A stretch of DNA of 64,000 nucleotides from an uncultured delta proteobacterium (lineage in GTDB: Bacteria; Myxococcota_A; Polyangia; Polyangiales; Polyangiaceae): positions 1,152,001 through 1,216,000 of the forward strand of contig CAWDXG010000001.1 in assembly GCA_963806225.1 (NCBI GenBank), written 5' to 3'. The notes below the pieces were generated by a model that was not told the DNA's origin, ran no database searches, and saw only the letters and a list, made by a program, of their open reading frames with translations. Shown here piece by piece: positions 1 through 10,588 of this stretch; position 1 is the stretch's first letter; each line of letters opens with the position of its first letter. The position numbers and the translations under genes are program-made.

Positions 1-1
1 G

Positions 2-1000
2 ATGTTCATCGTGAACCCCACGTTCAGCCTGGTGGCCTGGGGGTTCGTCGTGGCGCTTTACTTCTGGATCATGCAGCGCGGGTTGGAGCGTCGAGCCGGC
101 GATGTGCGCAGCGGCATCTTCGTTGCTTTCGCCGAGTGGGCCGCCAGCAAATGCACCGAGCTGGGGATCAGCACATCGCGAGCCTGGAAGCCGAGCTTCC
201 TCGTTCCCGTGGTCGACGGCGCCGAGCTCCGGGGCGAGTTCGGGCTGGTCGTCGACATGTGCCAACCCTCCGGCAGCGTGAAGCTCCTCGGCATCGCGAA
301 CCAGGCGAGCGTCGATGATCTTGGCGTGCGGGTGGCGGACCTCGGTCGAGGCCTGCGTAGGCGTGACGTGTTCTCCACCTGGAGCGTCATCGAAGCCGCC
401 AGCTACGTGACGGGCGCCATCGCCGGTCTCCAGGCGCTGAAGAGCGCCTTCTTCCGCCCCAACGTGCTGCTCGTCAGCTTGCCGGAGGACCCCGAGCGCT
501 ACGCGGAGCTGGAGACGCTGCTCGGCGAGGCCCGGCGCCTGGGCGTCGCTGTGACGCTGCTGGCCCTGCATTCGAAGGCCGGCCTCGGGCGCATGTCGGT
601 CATCAACGTGTGGCTGCGCCCGCCGACGCCGGGCGATTCGGTGGCGCAAGCTCTTGCCAAGGGAAACATGAACCTGGGCATCCTGCTGGGCTACCGCCTG
701 GCGCGCGGTTGGCGCGGCGACCTGAATCTCATCTGCGTCGCCGGTGCCGAGGATGAAGTGGACAACGCCGCGCGCTACGTCGAAGAGCTACGCGACCTGG
801 CTCGCATCCCCGAAGGGGCACGCTCCCACGTCCTGGTCGGGGATCTGGAGTCGGCGGTCGGGCGGGCGCCCCAGAGCGACATCGACATCCTGGGCATGCC
901 CAAAGACAACAACCTCGCTTTCGTCCGCCACATGGTGGAGGCCACGCGCTCCAGCTGCATGTTCACTATCGACTCGGGGAACGAGAACGCCTTGGCATGA
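2..1000 (+). CDS. Amino acid permease / cation-chloride cotransporter family, C-terminal part (5'-truncated by window)
   Basis: Last TM helix followed by soluble C-terminal domain (GDVRSG, RAWKP, FFRPN, ending DSGNENALA) typical of prokaryotic CCC-like transporters. Confidence 0.7.
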   Translation: MFIVNPTFSLVAWGFVVALYFWIMQRGLERRAGDVRSGIFVAFAEWAASKCTELGISTSRAWKPSFLVPVVDGAELRGEFGLVVDMCQPSGSVKLLGIANQASVDDLGVRVADLGRGLRRRDVFSTWSVIEAASYVTGAIAGLQALKSAFFRPNVLLVSLPEDPERYAELETLLGEARRLGVAVTLLALHSKAGLGRMSVINVWLRPPTPGDSVAQALAKGNMNLGILLGYRLARGWRGDLNLICVAGAEDEVDNAARYVEELRDLARIPEGARSHVLVGDLESAVGRAPQSDIDILGMPKDNNLAFVRHMVEATRSSCMFTIDSGNENALA

Positions 1001-1039
1001 CGCCGCCAACGGCTTGGCGGAGGGGGAAACTGCGTAGCG

Positions 1040-3334
1040 ATGTCACACGTGACACACAAGCTGTCCGGCTCGGTGGAAGGCGCACTGGCGGGTGGGGGCG
1101 ATCCGGCGACGTTGCCGCTGTATGTCTTCGGCCCGTTCCTCCGCTTGCTGGTGGCGTCTGGCGTGGCATCGGTCGTGTTCGGCGCGGCGATATGGCTGGC
1201 CGTGCTGACGGTGGTGATGGTCTCGGCCATGTATCGCCTGGTTATGCGCTGGGTCACCGACGGCAGCGGCGGCAGCGGCCTGAACGAGGAGGAGTTCGGC
1301 ACCTGGTCCGTGCTGATCAACGCGGGCATCACCATCATCGAGTACTCGCTGACGTTCCTCGTGAGCGTGGCCGCGCTGGTGACGTTTCTTGCGGACCGGT
1401 TCGCGCTCTTGAACGCCTCGCTCTTTGGTCTGTCCGCGCGAACGCTCGTCGCGATCGCGTGCACGGTGCTGATCGGTTTCGCGGTGAACCTGGGGCCGCG
1501 GGTGGCGGCGCGCGTCTTTGGCCCGGCCACCGCTGCGGTGCTGGTTCTGCTCTGGGTCATGATCATCGCGACGGTGTTGAAGTTCGGGGTTCGCCTGCCG
1601 GGCCTGGATTGGGCGGCGTTCTCGCGCGCAAACATCAACCTCACCCTCGGAGGCTACGCGCGGATCCTGGCCCTGATGACGGGAATCGAGATCTTCGCCA
1701 ACCTGGTTGCGGCCTATCAGGGGCCCGCCAAGCAGCGCTCGCGCAAGGCCTTCGGCAGCCTGCTCATCGTCATGGGCACGACGTCCCTGACGATGCTGGT
1801 GGTGGGCCCGGCCATCTTCGCGCTGGCGGACCCTGCCGACCACAAGGTGTCTGTCTTCACCCAGACGATGGACAAGCTGCTGCCGGCGCCCCTGCCGTAC
1901 GTCGGGACCTTGATCGGCGTGGCGGTGCTGCTGTCCGCTGCCGCGGCCGCCGCGCAGGGCATCCAGAATCTGAGCCTGGGCCTACGCTACCGGCACTACA
2001 TTCCCGCTCGGCTGGGCGCGAAGAACCGACATGACGTAGCTGCCAGCCCCGTCTGGCTGCAGGTGGGCCTGTGTGTCGTGTGCTTCGCGGTCTTCGGAAC
2101 GCACGAAGAAACCTACCTCACCCTGTACGCCGCGGGCGTCTTCATCCTGCTCAGCCTGACGGGTTGGGCCTGCGTGAAGCGGCTCGTGCGCGAAAGCCGC
2201 AAGAAGCCCACCGCCGGCAGCATCGCGGCCATCGGCGGCACGGCGATCGCGGCCACTTTGACCTCGGGCGCGACGCTGGTGATTTTCGAAGAACGCTTCC
2301 TCGACGGCGCGTGGATGTACGTCGTGCTGGTGCCGATCTTCTACTTCGCGCTTGGCTATTTCCGGAAGCGGCTCGGAGCCCCACGCAGAGTAGAGGAGCG
2401 CCTAGGCCAGGTCATGTCCGCCAGCAATCTGTCGCCAGATATCGGCGAAGCGATCTACGCAGGTGTCCGCTACGAGAACATCCTCGTGCCGCTGGACCTG
2501 AGTCCGTTGGCGGAGCTGTCGCTGGCGCAGGCCCAGACCATGGCGCGCAACTACACAGGGAAAATCAGCCTGCTGACGGTGATCGAACCAGGCGAAGCAG
2601 CCGCGGCTCGCCCCGCTGCGGAAGAGTACCTCGCCGACGTGGCAGAGGACCTCGACAGCAGCGGCTACACGACGGAGCGGGAGATCCGCATCGGCTCGCC
2701 TGCCGCGGAAATCGGGGCAGAGGCCCAGTCCGGCAACACGGATCTGCTGATCATGAGCACGCATGAACGCCCCCGGGTCAGTCGCTGGATCGCGTCGCAC
2801 GTTGCCGCACAGGTCATCCACCAGACCACGCCACCGCTGTTGGCGCTGCGCCCCACGGAGCGTTGGCGCAGCGTGCGTACCCGCTTCGAACACCTGCTGG
2901 TGGCACTGGACGGGTCCGTCGTGTCCGAGGAGATCCTGCCTCACGTCCACGAGATCGCCTCGAAGTTCGGCAGCGAGGTGACGTTGCTCTCCGCTCCAGA
3001 AGGCTCCGAGTCGGACGACTACAAGGAGACCATCGGCTCCTACCTGGAGGCCATCCGCGCGGGGCTGCAGAAGAAGGGCGTAAGCGCCCGGACGCTGGTC
3101 GCAAGTTCTTCACCGGTGCGGGCCATACTGGATACGGCGGAAGAAAAACGCTGCGACCTCATCATGATCGTGACGCATGGCCGCGGCGGCGTGGAACGCC
3201 AGGACGCAGTGAAGCTGGGCAGCGTTGCGGACGCCGTGCTGCAGAAGGCGTCGTGTCCCGTGTTTCTGGTCTCCGCCGGCGCCGAGGTCCATCGAGCGTC
3301 GGAACGGCCCGACGCCGAAGTGGAACGCAGCTAG
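1040..3334 (+). CDS. APC-family permease fused to two universal stress protein (USP) domains
   Basis: ~440 aa multi-TM region (LALMTGIE, LYAAGVF), then two USP repeats (YENILVPLDLS...DLLIMSTH; FEHLLVALDGS...DLIMIVTHGRGG...LGSVADAVL). Confidence 0.8.
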   Translation: MSHVTHKLSGSVEGALAGGGDPATLPLYVFGPFLRLLVASGVASVVFGAAIWLAVLTVVMVSAMYRLVMRWVTDGSGGSGLNEEEFGTWSVLINAGITIIEYSLTFLVSVAALVTFLADRFALLNASLFGLSARTLVAIACTVLIGFAVNLGPRVAARVFGPATAAVLVLLWVMIIATVLKFGVRLPGLDWAAFSRANINLTLGGYARILALMTGIEIFANLVAAYQGPAKQRSRKAFGSLLIVMGTTSLTMLVVGPAIFALADPADHKVSVFTQTMDKLLPAPLPYVGTLIGVAVLLSAAAAAAQGIQNLSLGLRYRHYIPARLGAKNRHDVAASPVWLQVGLCVVCFAVFGTHEETYLTLYAAGVFILLSLTGWACVKRLVRESRKKPTAGSIAAIGGTAIAATLTSGATLVIFEERFLDGAWMYVVLVPIFYFALGYFRKRLGAPRRVEERLGQVMSASNLSPDIGEAIYAGVRYENILVPLDLSPLAELSLAQAQTMARNYTGKISLLTVIEPGEAAAARPAAEEYLADVAEDLDSSGYTTEREIRIGSPAAEIGAEAQSGNTDLLIMSTHERPRVSRWIASHVAAQVIHQTTPPLLALRPTERWRSVRTRFEHLLVALDGSVVSEEILPHVHEIASKFGSEVTLLSAPEGSESDDYKETIGSYLEAIRAGLQKKGVSARTLVASSSPVRAILDTAEEKRCDLIMIVTHGRGGVERQDAVKLGSVADAVLQKASCPVFLVSAGAEVHRASERPDAEVERS

Positions 3335-3527
3335 GGAAGCAGACGCGCCGAGGCATCGTGCCTCGCCGCCGTCTCGGGGTGGCGCGTTTCGCCTCGGTCC
3401 GGTTCTGCGCATTCCGGAGGTTGCCCGATGGTATGCGCCTTGCACCTACACCGCCGCCGCGAATGCCATCGGGGGCTTCGTGCCTGGCTGCGGGGCGCAG
3501 CCTTTCGTGGAACATGGAGGAACGACG

Positions 3528-3743
3528 ATGAACTGGAACCAGATCAAGGCAGAGTGGAAGGACATGCGCGGCAAGGCGCACCAGCACTGGGGCAAGCTCA
3601 CGGACGACGAGCTGGAGAGGATCCGCGGCAACCGCGAGCAGCTCGAGGCCGCCATCCAGAAGCGCTACGGCATGGCCAAGGAGGAGGCCCAGCGCCAGGT
3701 CGACGAGTGGGCGCAGAAGCTCAAGAAGAAGATCGCCAACTAG
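3528..3743 (+). CDS. csbD: CsbD/YjbJ family general stress protein
   Basis: MNWNQIKAEWKDMRG...WGKLTDDEL...IQKRYG; GGAGG RBS before ATG 3528. Confidence 0.88.
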   Translation: MNWNQIKAEWKDMRGKAHQHWGKLTDDELERIRGNREQLEAAIQKRYGMAKEEAQRQVDEWAQKLKKKIAN

Positions 3744-4636
3744 TGCCGGCCGAGGGGCGACGTGCCGACCAGCGCCGAGTCCGGTTTGCCTGACTCCAGC
3801 CACTTGTCGAAACGCCTGCTGTCACGCCGGACGCCGAGCTGGGATGCGAAGCTCTTGAACGCGTAGTCGATCGGCACCGCGAAGGTCAGACCCTGGCCGC
3901 CGCGCAGGATGAACGACATCACACCGACGAGCTCGCCCCGGTCGTTCAGGACCGGACCGCCCGAGCTGCCGGCGTTGGCCGGGAGATCCGTCTGCACGAA
4001 GCCCGTGCCGTCGAACGAGCGCCCGACATAGGAGACGATGCCCTGGCTCATCGAGAACGTCATCTTCATCGGCGCCCCCATCGAGAACACGGTGTCGCCC
4101 ATGGCGATGCCCGTGATGCTCCCGAGGACTGCTGGCGCTCGTGCTGGGAGCCGGGCAAGCGAAAGCAGCGCCAGGTCGGCGTTGTGGTCGCGAGCAACGA
4201 CTTTCACCGCGACGGGTTTCGACTCGCCGTAGAACCACGCCCGCACGTGTTTCAGTCCGTCGATCACGTGATCGCAGGTCAGCACGTGCCCCTTTTTGTC
4301 GATCAGGACGCCGGCGCCGTAGACGTTTCCGCCGCGCAGGAACACCGTCGTGGCAAGCGCACGCTGGGCGATCTTCCGGACCGGCAGACGCGGTGACGAG
4401 GCCGGCGCGGTGCTCTGCGGGTGCGCCGCCGGCGTGAGGTGTTTGACCGTGTCGTCCGGACCTCCAGGGCTCGCCCGGGTCAGCTCGACCGCGATCGGCG
4501 TGCCGCTGCTCTGCTGCCCGGCAGACTTCGCGGCGCGCTTCGCGCGCGACAGCGCCCGGCCTGTGCAGACACCGCTGCCAAACAAAGCCAGGGCGAACAG
4601 GGCAAGCAGACGCCGGTTGGGCGAATGCAAACTCAT
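3740..4636 (-). CDS. Trypsin-like (S1C/HtrA-type) serine protease without PDZ, N-terminal signal/TM
   Basis: GAGVLID, LTCDHV, DLALL, NAGSSGGPVLN catalytic motifs. Confidence 0.85.
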   Translation of the reverse strand: MSLHSPNRRLLALFALALFGSGVCTGRALSRAKRAAKSAGQQSSGTPIAVELTRASPGGPDDTVKHLTPAAHPQSTAPASSPRLPVRKIAQRALATTVFLRGGNVYGAGVLIDKKGHVLTCDHVIDGLKHVRAWFYGESKPVAVKVVARDHNADLALLSLARLPARAPAVLGSITGIAMGDTVFSMGAPMKMTFSMSQGIVSYVGRSFDGTGFVQTDLPANAGSSGGPVLNDRGELVGVMSFILRGGQGLTFAVPIDYAFKSFASQLGVRRDSRRFDKWLESGKPDSALVGTSPLGRH

Positions 4637-4996
4637 GGGGGGTATATTGCCTCTAGCATGACCTCCGCAGCCGGGCCTCTAGCGCCCGCGATTTTGGTAG
4701 GACACGCACACACCAGCGCTCATCACGTCGAATTCGATGCGTCGCGGCGCCGACGACGCCGCAGCCGCTGCGCGACGCCCCGGATCGGGATCTTCGCGGC
4801 CTCGGTCGAGGGATCTCCCTGTGCCCGGAACCAGTCGCCTTTTCGGCGCGGGTCGCCGGCGGCACACATCCTGCTTTCGATCCGCTGACGTGCGCTGCTG
4901 TTTCGCGCGCACCGCTGCAGAGGGGGCAACGCCGGGACGCGAATCCATCGCGTCGTCGCGTTGTGAATCCCGGTGACACAGTCTGGGAGGACGAGA

Positions 4997-5350
4997 ATGA
5001 ACACGAAATCGACCGTTGCGGTGATCGCGCTGAGCGTCATCGCAGGTTGCGGGGGAAGTGTGATGTCCCCATCGAAGCTGGCCGCATCCGAGGCTTCGAT
5101 GCGTGGCGCCGAAGAGGTCGGTGCGCGTCAGGTGCCGACCGCAGGGCTTCAATTGAAGCTTGCCCAGGACGAGGTCGCCAAGGCCAAGTCCTTGAACGCG
5201 AACGGCGAGGGCGAGGCGGCGGATCGAATGCTCACGCGCGCCCAGGTAGACGCGGATCTCGCGATCTCGCTTGCGAAGGAAGAGTCGGCCAGAAAGGCAG
5301 CACAGGCAGTCGCGGATCAGGTCAAGCAGGCCCAGGGAGAAGTCCAATGA
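4997..5350 (+). CDS. DUF4398-like lipoprotein
   Basis: Lipobox IAGC, helical Ala-rich body (RAQVDADLA), overlaps the ompA-like gene. Confidence 0.7.
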   Translation: MNTKSTVAVIALSVIAGCGGSVMSPSKLAASEASMRGAEEVGARQVPTAGLQLKLAQDEVAKAKSLNANGEGEAADRMLTRAQVDADLAISLAKEESARKAAQAVADQVKQAQGEVQ

Positions 5351-6282
5351 CAAGCTCGAGTCTTACGCTGTCGCGCGGTATCATCTCGGTGCTGGCGCTG
5401 GTTACGGCGGCTGGTGTTGGCGCTTGCGGCGCCGCTGCCCCGCCCAGAGAGCTGCGGGATGCGCGCGCCGCCTACGCGGCCGCTGCTTCGGGCCCTGCCG
5501 GAACGCTCACTCCCGCGGAGCTGGTCGATGCGAAGAAGGCGCTCGACAAGGCAGAGCGTAGCTTCGCGGAAGACGGCGCATCCGACGAGACGGTCGATGC
5601 GGCGTACATAGCCCAGCGCCGGGCGCAGATCGCCAACGCGCGCGGTCACACCGCCGCCGCGCAGGCTGCGGAAGTGCGCGCCACCGCGCTGCTTGCAAGG
5701 GTGAACGCGGACCGCCTGCGCTCGACGCAGCGTGAGCTCGGAGAGGCGCGCGGTGACGTGAATCGCGCCGAACAGCGGCTCCAGGTGAAAGGCGTGGAGC
5801 TAGGCGCAACAGCGGCTGCGCTGGCCGCAGAGAAGAAGGCGCGCGCCGCTGCCGAAGCTCGCGTGAAGGAAGCGATGGACAAGCTCGCACTGGCAGCCTC
5901 GCTCCAGGTGAAGGAGGAACCGCGCGGAACCGTCATCACGTTGCCCAGCAATGTGATGTTCGCCACGGGAAAGTGGCAGCTGCTGCCCGGTGTGATGAGC
6001 AAGCTCGATGCAGTGGCAACGGCGCTCAAGGAACAGTCCGACGTGACCATCACGGTCGAAGGCCACACGGACAGCCGGGGCACCTCCGAGTCGAACCTCG
6101 AGCTCGGCAAGAAGCGCGCGGAGTCGGTGGCCACGTACCTCAAGTCGAAGGGCGTGCCGAAGGACCAGATCTCGGCAGTGGGAATCGGCGAAGCGCAGCC
6201 GATTGGAGACAACGACACCGCGACCGGCCGTTCGCAGAACCGGCGGGTCGAGATCATCGTGACGCCGCGCGAGAAGCGCTAG
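5347..6282 (+). CDS. OmpA-family lipoprotein (DUF4398 + OmpA_C peptidoglycan-binding domain)
   Basis: FATGK, VEGHTDSRG, NLELGKKRAESV, GRSQNRRVEI; ATGA overlap with upstream gene. Confidence 0.88.
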   Translation: MTSSSLTLSRGIISVLALVTAAGVGACGAAAPPRELRDARAAYAAAASGPAGTLTPAELVDAKKALDKAERSFAEDGASDETVDAAYIAQRRAQIANARGHTAAAQAAEVRATALLARVNADRLRSTQRELGEARGDVNRAEQRLQVKGVELGATAAALAAEKKARAAAEARVKEAMDKLALAASLQVKEEPRGTVITLPSNVMFATGKWQLLPGVMSKLDAVATALKEQSDVTITVEGHTDSRGTSESNLELGKKRAESVATYLKSKGVPKDQISAVGIGEAQPIGDNDTATGRSQNRRVEIIVTPREKR

Positions 6283-6324
6283 CAAGATGAGCGGGGCGAG
6301 GCCCGTACGGGCGAGAGGACTACC

Positions 6325-6618
6325 ATGACAAGCATTCGATCTCGCGTGTTGGGCCTCGCTCTGGTCGCTTCTGCGGCCAGTGCGCTCTTCTGGGGCTGCG
6401 GAGCCGCGGCTCCTCCTCCCACAGAGCCCGCCGGGGCGTCCGGCCCTGCCCCCGCGGTGCAGGGGCAGGGGGCTCCGGCGATCCCGCACGACCTCGAGGG
6501 CAAGGACGATTGCACGAGCTGCCACCAGGTCGGAGTGGGCCAGCATCCCCTGCCCGAGTCCCACCGGGGCCGCGACAACACGACCTGCAGGGGCTGCCAT
6601 CAGCCCAAAGCCGGCTGA
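6325..6618 (+). CDS. Small di-heme c-type cytochrome lipoprotein
   Basis: Lipobox FWGC, PAIPH, two CxxCH motifs (CTSCH, CRGCH). Confidence 0.75.
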   Translation: MTSIRSRVLGLALVASAASALFWGCGAAAPPPTEPAGASGPAPAVQGQGAPAIPHDLEGKDDCTSCHQVGVGQHPLPESHRGRDNTTCRGCHQPKAG

Positions 6619-6639
6619 GCCGACGCAATCATTGAACCA

Positions 6640-6678
6640 GTCAACCCAGTCGAACGTGGCGAGTTCGACTGGGTTGAC
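6640..6678. terminator. Perfect 16-bp stem-loop between convergent genes (possible terminator)
   Basis: GTCAACCCAGTCGAAC-gtggcga-GTTCGACTGGGTTGAC followed by a T-rich tract. Confidence 0.55.
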
Positions 6679-6707
6679 GTTCTTGTTCTTTGTAGCCCGC
6701 GCGGTTG

Positions 6708-6872
6708 TCAGGCGATCCGACGGCCCATGATGACCCGCACCAGGACCGCGATGATCGCCATCACGAGCAACACATGGATCAGCCCGCCGAAAGTGAAGTG
6801 CATCGCGAAGCCGAGCACCCACAACACGACGAGCACGAGCGCGAAGGCCCATAGCAGGTTTACCATTTTCAT
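6708..6872 (-). CDS. lmo0937-family small membrane protein
   Basis: Own translation: MKMVNLLWAFALVLVVLWVLGFAMHFTFGGLIHVLLVMAIIAVLVRVIMGRRIA. Confidence 0.8.
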   Translation of the reverse strand: MKMVNLLWAFALVLVVLWVLGFAMHFTFGGLIHVLLVMAIIAVLVRVIMGRRIA

Positions 6873-6896
6873 TTCCCCCTCGGCAGTCGTCGTCGC

Positions 6897-7121
6897 CTAG
6901 TTGGCTTTCGACTTCTTGCCGGACTTGCCCGCGGCTTCCTGGCCACGGTGCTTGGCGGTGTCCACCGCCTCGTCGGCGCCGTGGACGACCTTCTCCAGAG
7001 TCTCCTCTGCCGAGTGGACCACTTTCGTGGTCATCTGCTTGGCAAAGTGCCCGGCCTTCTTTGCGGATTCCTGAATGCGGTGTCCGCCCTTCTTGGCGGT
7101 CTCGCCGGCTTTGGTGCTCAT
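6897..7121 (-). CDS. Small hydrophilic (LEA/general stress-like) protein
   Basis: MSTKAGETAKKGG..., GGAGG RBS, Lys/Ala/Glu-rich. Confidence 0.55.
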   Translation of the reverse strand: MSTKAGETAKKGGHRIQESAKKAGHFAKQMTTKVVHSAEETLEKVVHGADEAVDTAKHRGQEAAGKSGKKSKAN

Positions 7122-7224
7122 AGTCGTGTTCCTCCCCTGGATTGTGAAGCACGACGCGTGCCGTGCCGCGGCGCTTCCCGGTCCCCGGACGGGGGCGGGC
7201 AACCAGGACGGGTAACTCGCCGAG

Positions 7225-7320
7225 AGCTTCCGCGCCGAATGATCTGGTCACGGCGGCGGACGAGGCCCTGTACGCGGCGAAGGAAGCCGGAAGGAATCGC
7301 ATCTTCGCCCACGACGGCGC
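7225..7320 (+). pseudogene. Remnant of GGDEF diguanylate cyclase C-terminus
   Basis: DLVTAADEALYAAKEAGRNRI with no upstream GGDEF domain. Confidence 0.7.
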
Positions 7321-7432
7321 GCGGATCCGACCGGGCGCGCCCGCACAGCAAGTGCTTGCCGCGCCCCGAGCGGCGGGCGCCATGGCCAGAGCGCAAACAG
7401 GGGGTGGGGAATTGCGCCGGCGGCCGGCACGC

Positions 7433-9439
7433 TCACGGATGATGGAGAATCGCCCCGGTCTTCGTGAGCAGCCAGAACGTTGTTCGGGGCTGTGCCCGTC
7501 ACGCCGACGACACTGGCGCTGGTGACTTGTAGGGGCGACCAGGTTGCGCCGTCGTAGTGGAGGACCGCGCCGAACAGGCCGCCACCCCAGATGTCGCTTC
7601 CGCTGCTTCCCCACAGGTAGCCGATGTCGCGCGGCAGCTTCTTTGCCGGCTTCGACCAGGCCTTGCCGTTCCAGTGCAGCGCGCCGCCCTCGATGCCGAC
7701 CGCCCAGGCGTCGTCGGGGGTCGCGGCGTAGATGCTGGTGATGAAGCCAGCCTGGCCCGTGTAGGCCACGGACCAGCTCGCGCCGTCGTAGTGACGGATC
7801 GTGGCTTGCAGGTTCACGTTTCCCGAGAGCCAGAACGTCGTCTTTCGATGTTCCCCCCAGGGCTACCAGCTCGCCATCGGTCGGCCCCGGCACGCTGACT
7901 TCCTGCATCGCGTGGCCGTCCCAGTGGACGAGGATCGCCGACTTCGGGGTGTTGGGCGCGTCGCCTGCGAACCACACGTTGCTCTTCGAGGTTCCCCACA
8001 CGCCGTCGAACGAGCTTTTGTCGGTCGAGGAGCGATCGTACGCCACCGACCACTTGGTGCCATCGTAGTGGAGGATGCGTGCCACCGTCTGGTCGCCCGC
8101 GGAGCCGACGGCCCACATGTCGTCGGGCGCGGAGCCCCAGAGCTGGTTGACGAAGGCGTAGGTCGCATCGCCCGCGGAGATGCTCGACTTCGTCCAGGTC
8201 GAGCCGTTCCAATGCTGGAAGTCCAGGCTCACGGCGCCGTTCGACGCGGCCCAGGCGTCGGAGGGCGTGTTGGCCCAGATCGCCTTCGCGGGCTCGACGC
8301 CCCACGCGGGCGGCGGCGGCGTGATCACGTTCCAGGCGCCGCCGTCCCAGTGCGCCATCACGCCGCCCAGGCCCACCGCCCACGCGTCGCCCGCGGAGCT
8401 CTGCCACAGTGCCCGGTAGTCACCGGGCAGCTCCCGCGAGCTCCATCCGCTGCCGCCGCCGTGGGCGTAGGCCGCGCCGCCCGATCCCACGACGCGCACC
8501 AGCGAGCTGCCGCCGCCGATACCGAACAGCGGCGTCGAGGTCGGCTTGACGACGAACGGGGCGTCCCACGAGTTGCCGTTCCAGTGCACGATGTAGCCGT
8601 TGGGATCGCAGCACGGCCCCTTGGTGTCGAGGTTTTCCTGTCCGACCAGCCATACGTCATCGGGGCCGCGCCCCCAGACCTTGGCGAAGATCCCGGCGCC
8701 GTTGTCGGGCAGCGGGACGTTCGACCAGGACGCGCCGTCCCAGTGGAGGATCACGCCCTGGTAGCCGACCGGCAGGGCCGAGCCGACGGCCCACGCGTCG
8801 TCCGGTCCGCTCGCCCACACGCCGTCCAGATCGTTGGTCGTGGGCAGGGCGACCGGCGACCACTTCTGGCCGTCGAAGTGCAGCGCCTTGCCCTTGGCGC
8901 CGACCGTCCACACGTCGGACGGACCGCTGCCGTAGACCGCATACAGCTGCGTGTCCGCCACGGACTGCGTGCGCGACCAGGCGCTACCGTTCCAGTGCCA
9001 GATCTCCGAACCCGCCTCGGTCCAGGTGGGAAAGCCCACGGCCCACACGTTGTCGGCCGCCGAGCCCCACACGCTCCGGAAGTCGATCTGGGCCGGGGTG
9101 TCGAACGACGCGAACGCCTGTCCGTCGTAGTGCAGGATCGTCGCCGCCGCGCCGACGAACCAGAACGTCGTCCGGGCTCTGGCCCCACACGCCGTACAGG
9201 TCGTTCGTCTGCGGACCGGTGTTGCTCCAGGTGAAGCCATGGTGCGACACGCCGGGGGGCTCTCCGGCGTCGAGCGCAGGGCCCGAGGCGTCCTGGATGG
9301 GATTGCCGCCGGCATCGCTACCGACATAGGGGCCCGCGTCGTCACCCGGGTAGCCGGCTGTCGTGTGCCCGCCGCACGACGCCAGGACGCTGAAGGCGAG
9401 CGACAGCGCGAGCAGGACGAAAGCGAGGCGGAGCTTCAT
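7433..9439 (-). CDS. Myxobacterial-type beta-propeller repeat lipoprotein (frameshifted in this sequence)
   Basis: Signal peptide with LASC; many VWGSxxxDVWAVG...ILHWDG repeats spread across ORFs 8984..9439, 5800..9345 and 7248..7817. Confidence 0.75.
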
Positions 9440-10588
9440 GGCACGAGCGCGACGAAGTCGGTGGAGTGCGACGGGTAGTCGTGTTGGTTGCAGTCGTAGC
9501 CCCCGGCGAAGACGAAGTTACGGCGGTGCGCGTCGAACGCCGCCGCGCCCCGCCCGTAGCGCACCGCGGGCTGCACGGCCACGCCGAGCGGCGTGGCGAC
9601 GAACGACGAGCCGATGTCCAGACGCCACACGTCGTACAGACAGGCGTTGCCGGTCACCGCGGTGATGAAGGCGCACTGCTCGGGATCCCAGCTCAGCGGG
9701 AAGCCGCCGCCGAGCGTGTGGGCGGACGACGAGAGAATCCGGCGGGAACGTTCCGGGGATGCGTGTCCAGCCGCTCGGGGCATCCAGCGACAGCGCCCAC
9801 AGCGAGCGCTGCTTGCCCGGGTAGATCTCGCTGCCGACGGCGAGTAGGCGGCGTCCGACCGGGTCGAGCGACAGCGAGAGCAGCTGCACCTTCTGCAGCG
9901 CCGCTTGCGAGTCGTTGTCGAACATCGACCACGACTCCTGACCAGGCGCCAGACGCAGCGCCCAGGTGTGCACCGGGCCGGGAACCGAGCCTTTCCCGGG
10001 GATGGCGTAGAGCCGATCGGTCACGGGGTCGATGGCCGCGGCGAGCGCGATGTCGCTGGTCTGGCCTTCCGGGAAATCGGGCAGCAGCGCCAGGTGCGCG
10101 GAGTTGCCCTGGAGGCGGACGGCGAAGACCTGCCGCTTGTCGTCGCGCGGTGGATTCGACTCCCAGGGCGACAGGCCCAGGCCGAGCACGATCCCGCGAT
10201 CGTGGACGGCGTCCCACAGGGCGCGGCCGTTGGGACCGAGATCGACGCGCGAGTCGCCCGAGCGGCTGAGCGTCTGCGTCTCGCCGGTCGCGAGGCTCAC
10301 GGTCGAGATCGCCTTGGCGTACACGCCGCTGCTCGACGTGCCGCCGAGCACGACCAGCACGTCATCGTTCGGATCGATCACCGCGGCGTTCGCCGCGGAC
10401 TGCTGTGGGCCGCTGGTCCGTGCGAGCTTGCCGACGCCGGCATCGTCCGCACACGTCGGCGGAGCGGCGTCGCCCGGACCGGCGTCGCTCCTGACCCCAC
10501 TCGACCCTCCCACCCCCACGAACAGCCCCGTGCGCGAGCACGCCGGAGCAGCCATCATCACCAGGCAAAGCAAAGCTACATCACGCAC
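9436..10588 (-). CDS. Hypothetical Kelch/propeller-like lipoprotein (frameshift near 9730)
   Basis: Lipobox-like PACSR, LVVLGG, FVFAGG; continuous coding character over two frames. Confidence 0.5.

Noticed and set aside
7433..9200. Regular repeats that might suggest a CRISPR or other DNA array
   Set aside because: They are degenerate protein-level beta-propeller repeats, not identical DNA repeats with spacers
5800..9345. 1181-aa ORF on the minus strand
   Set aside because: Only about 7820-9165 is real propeller coding sequence; the rest is frameshift read-through across other genes
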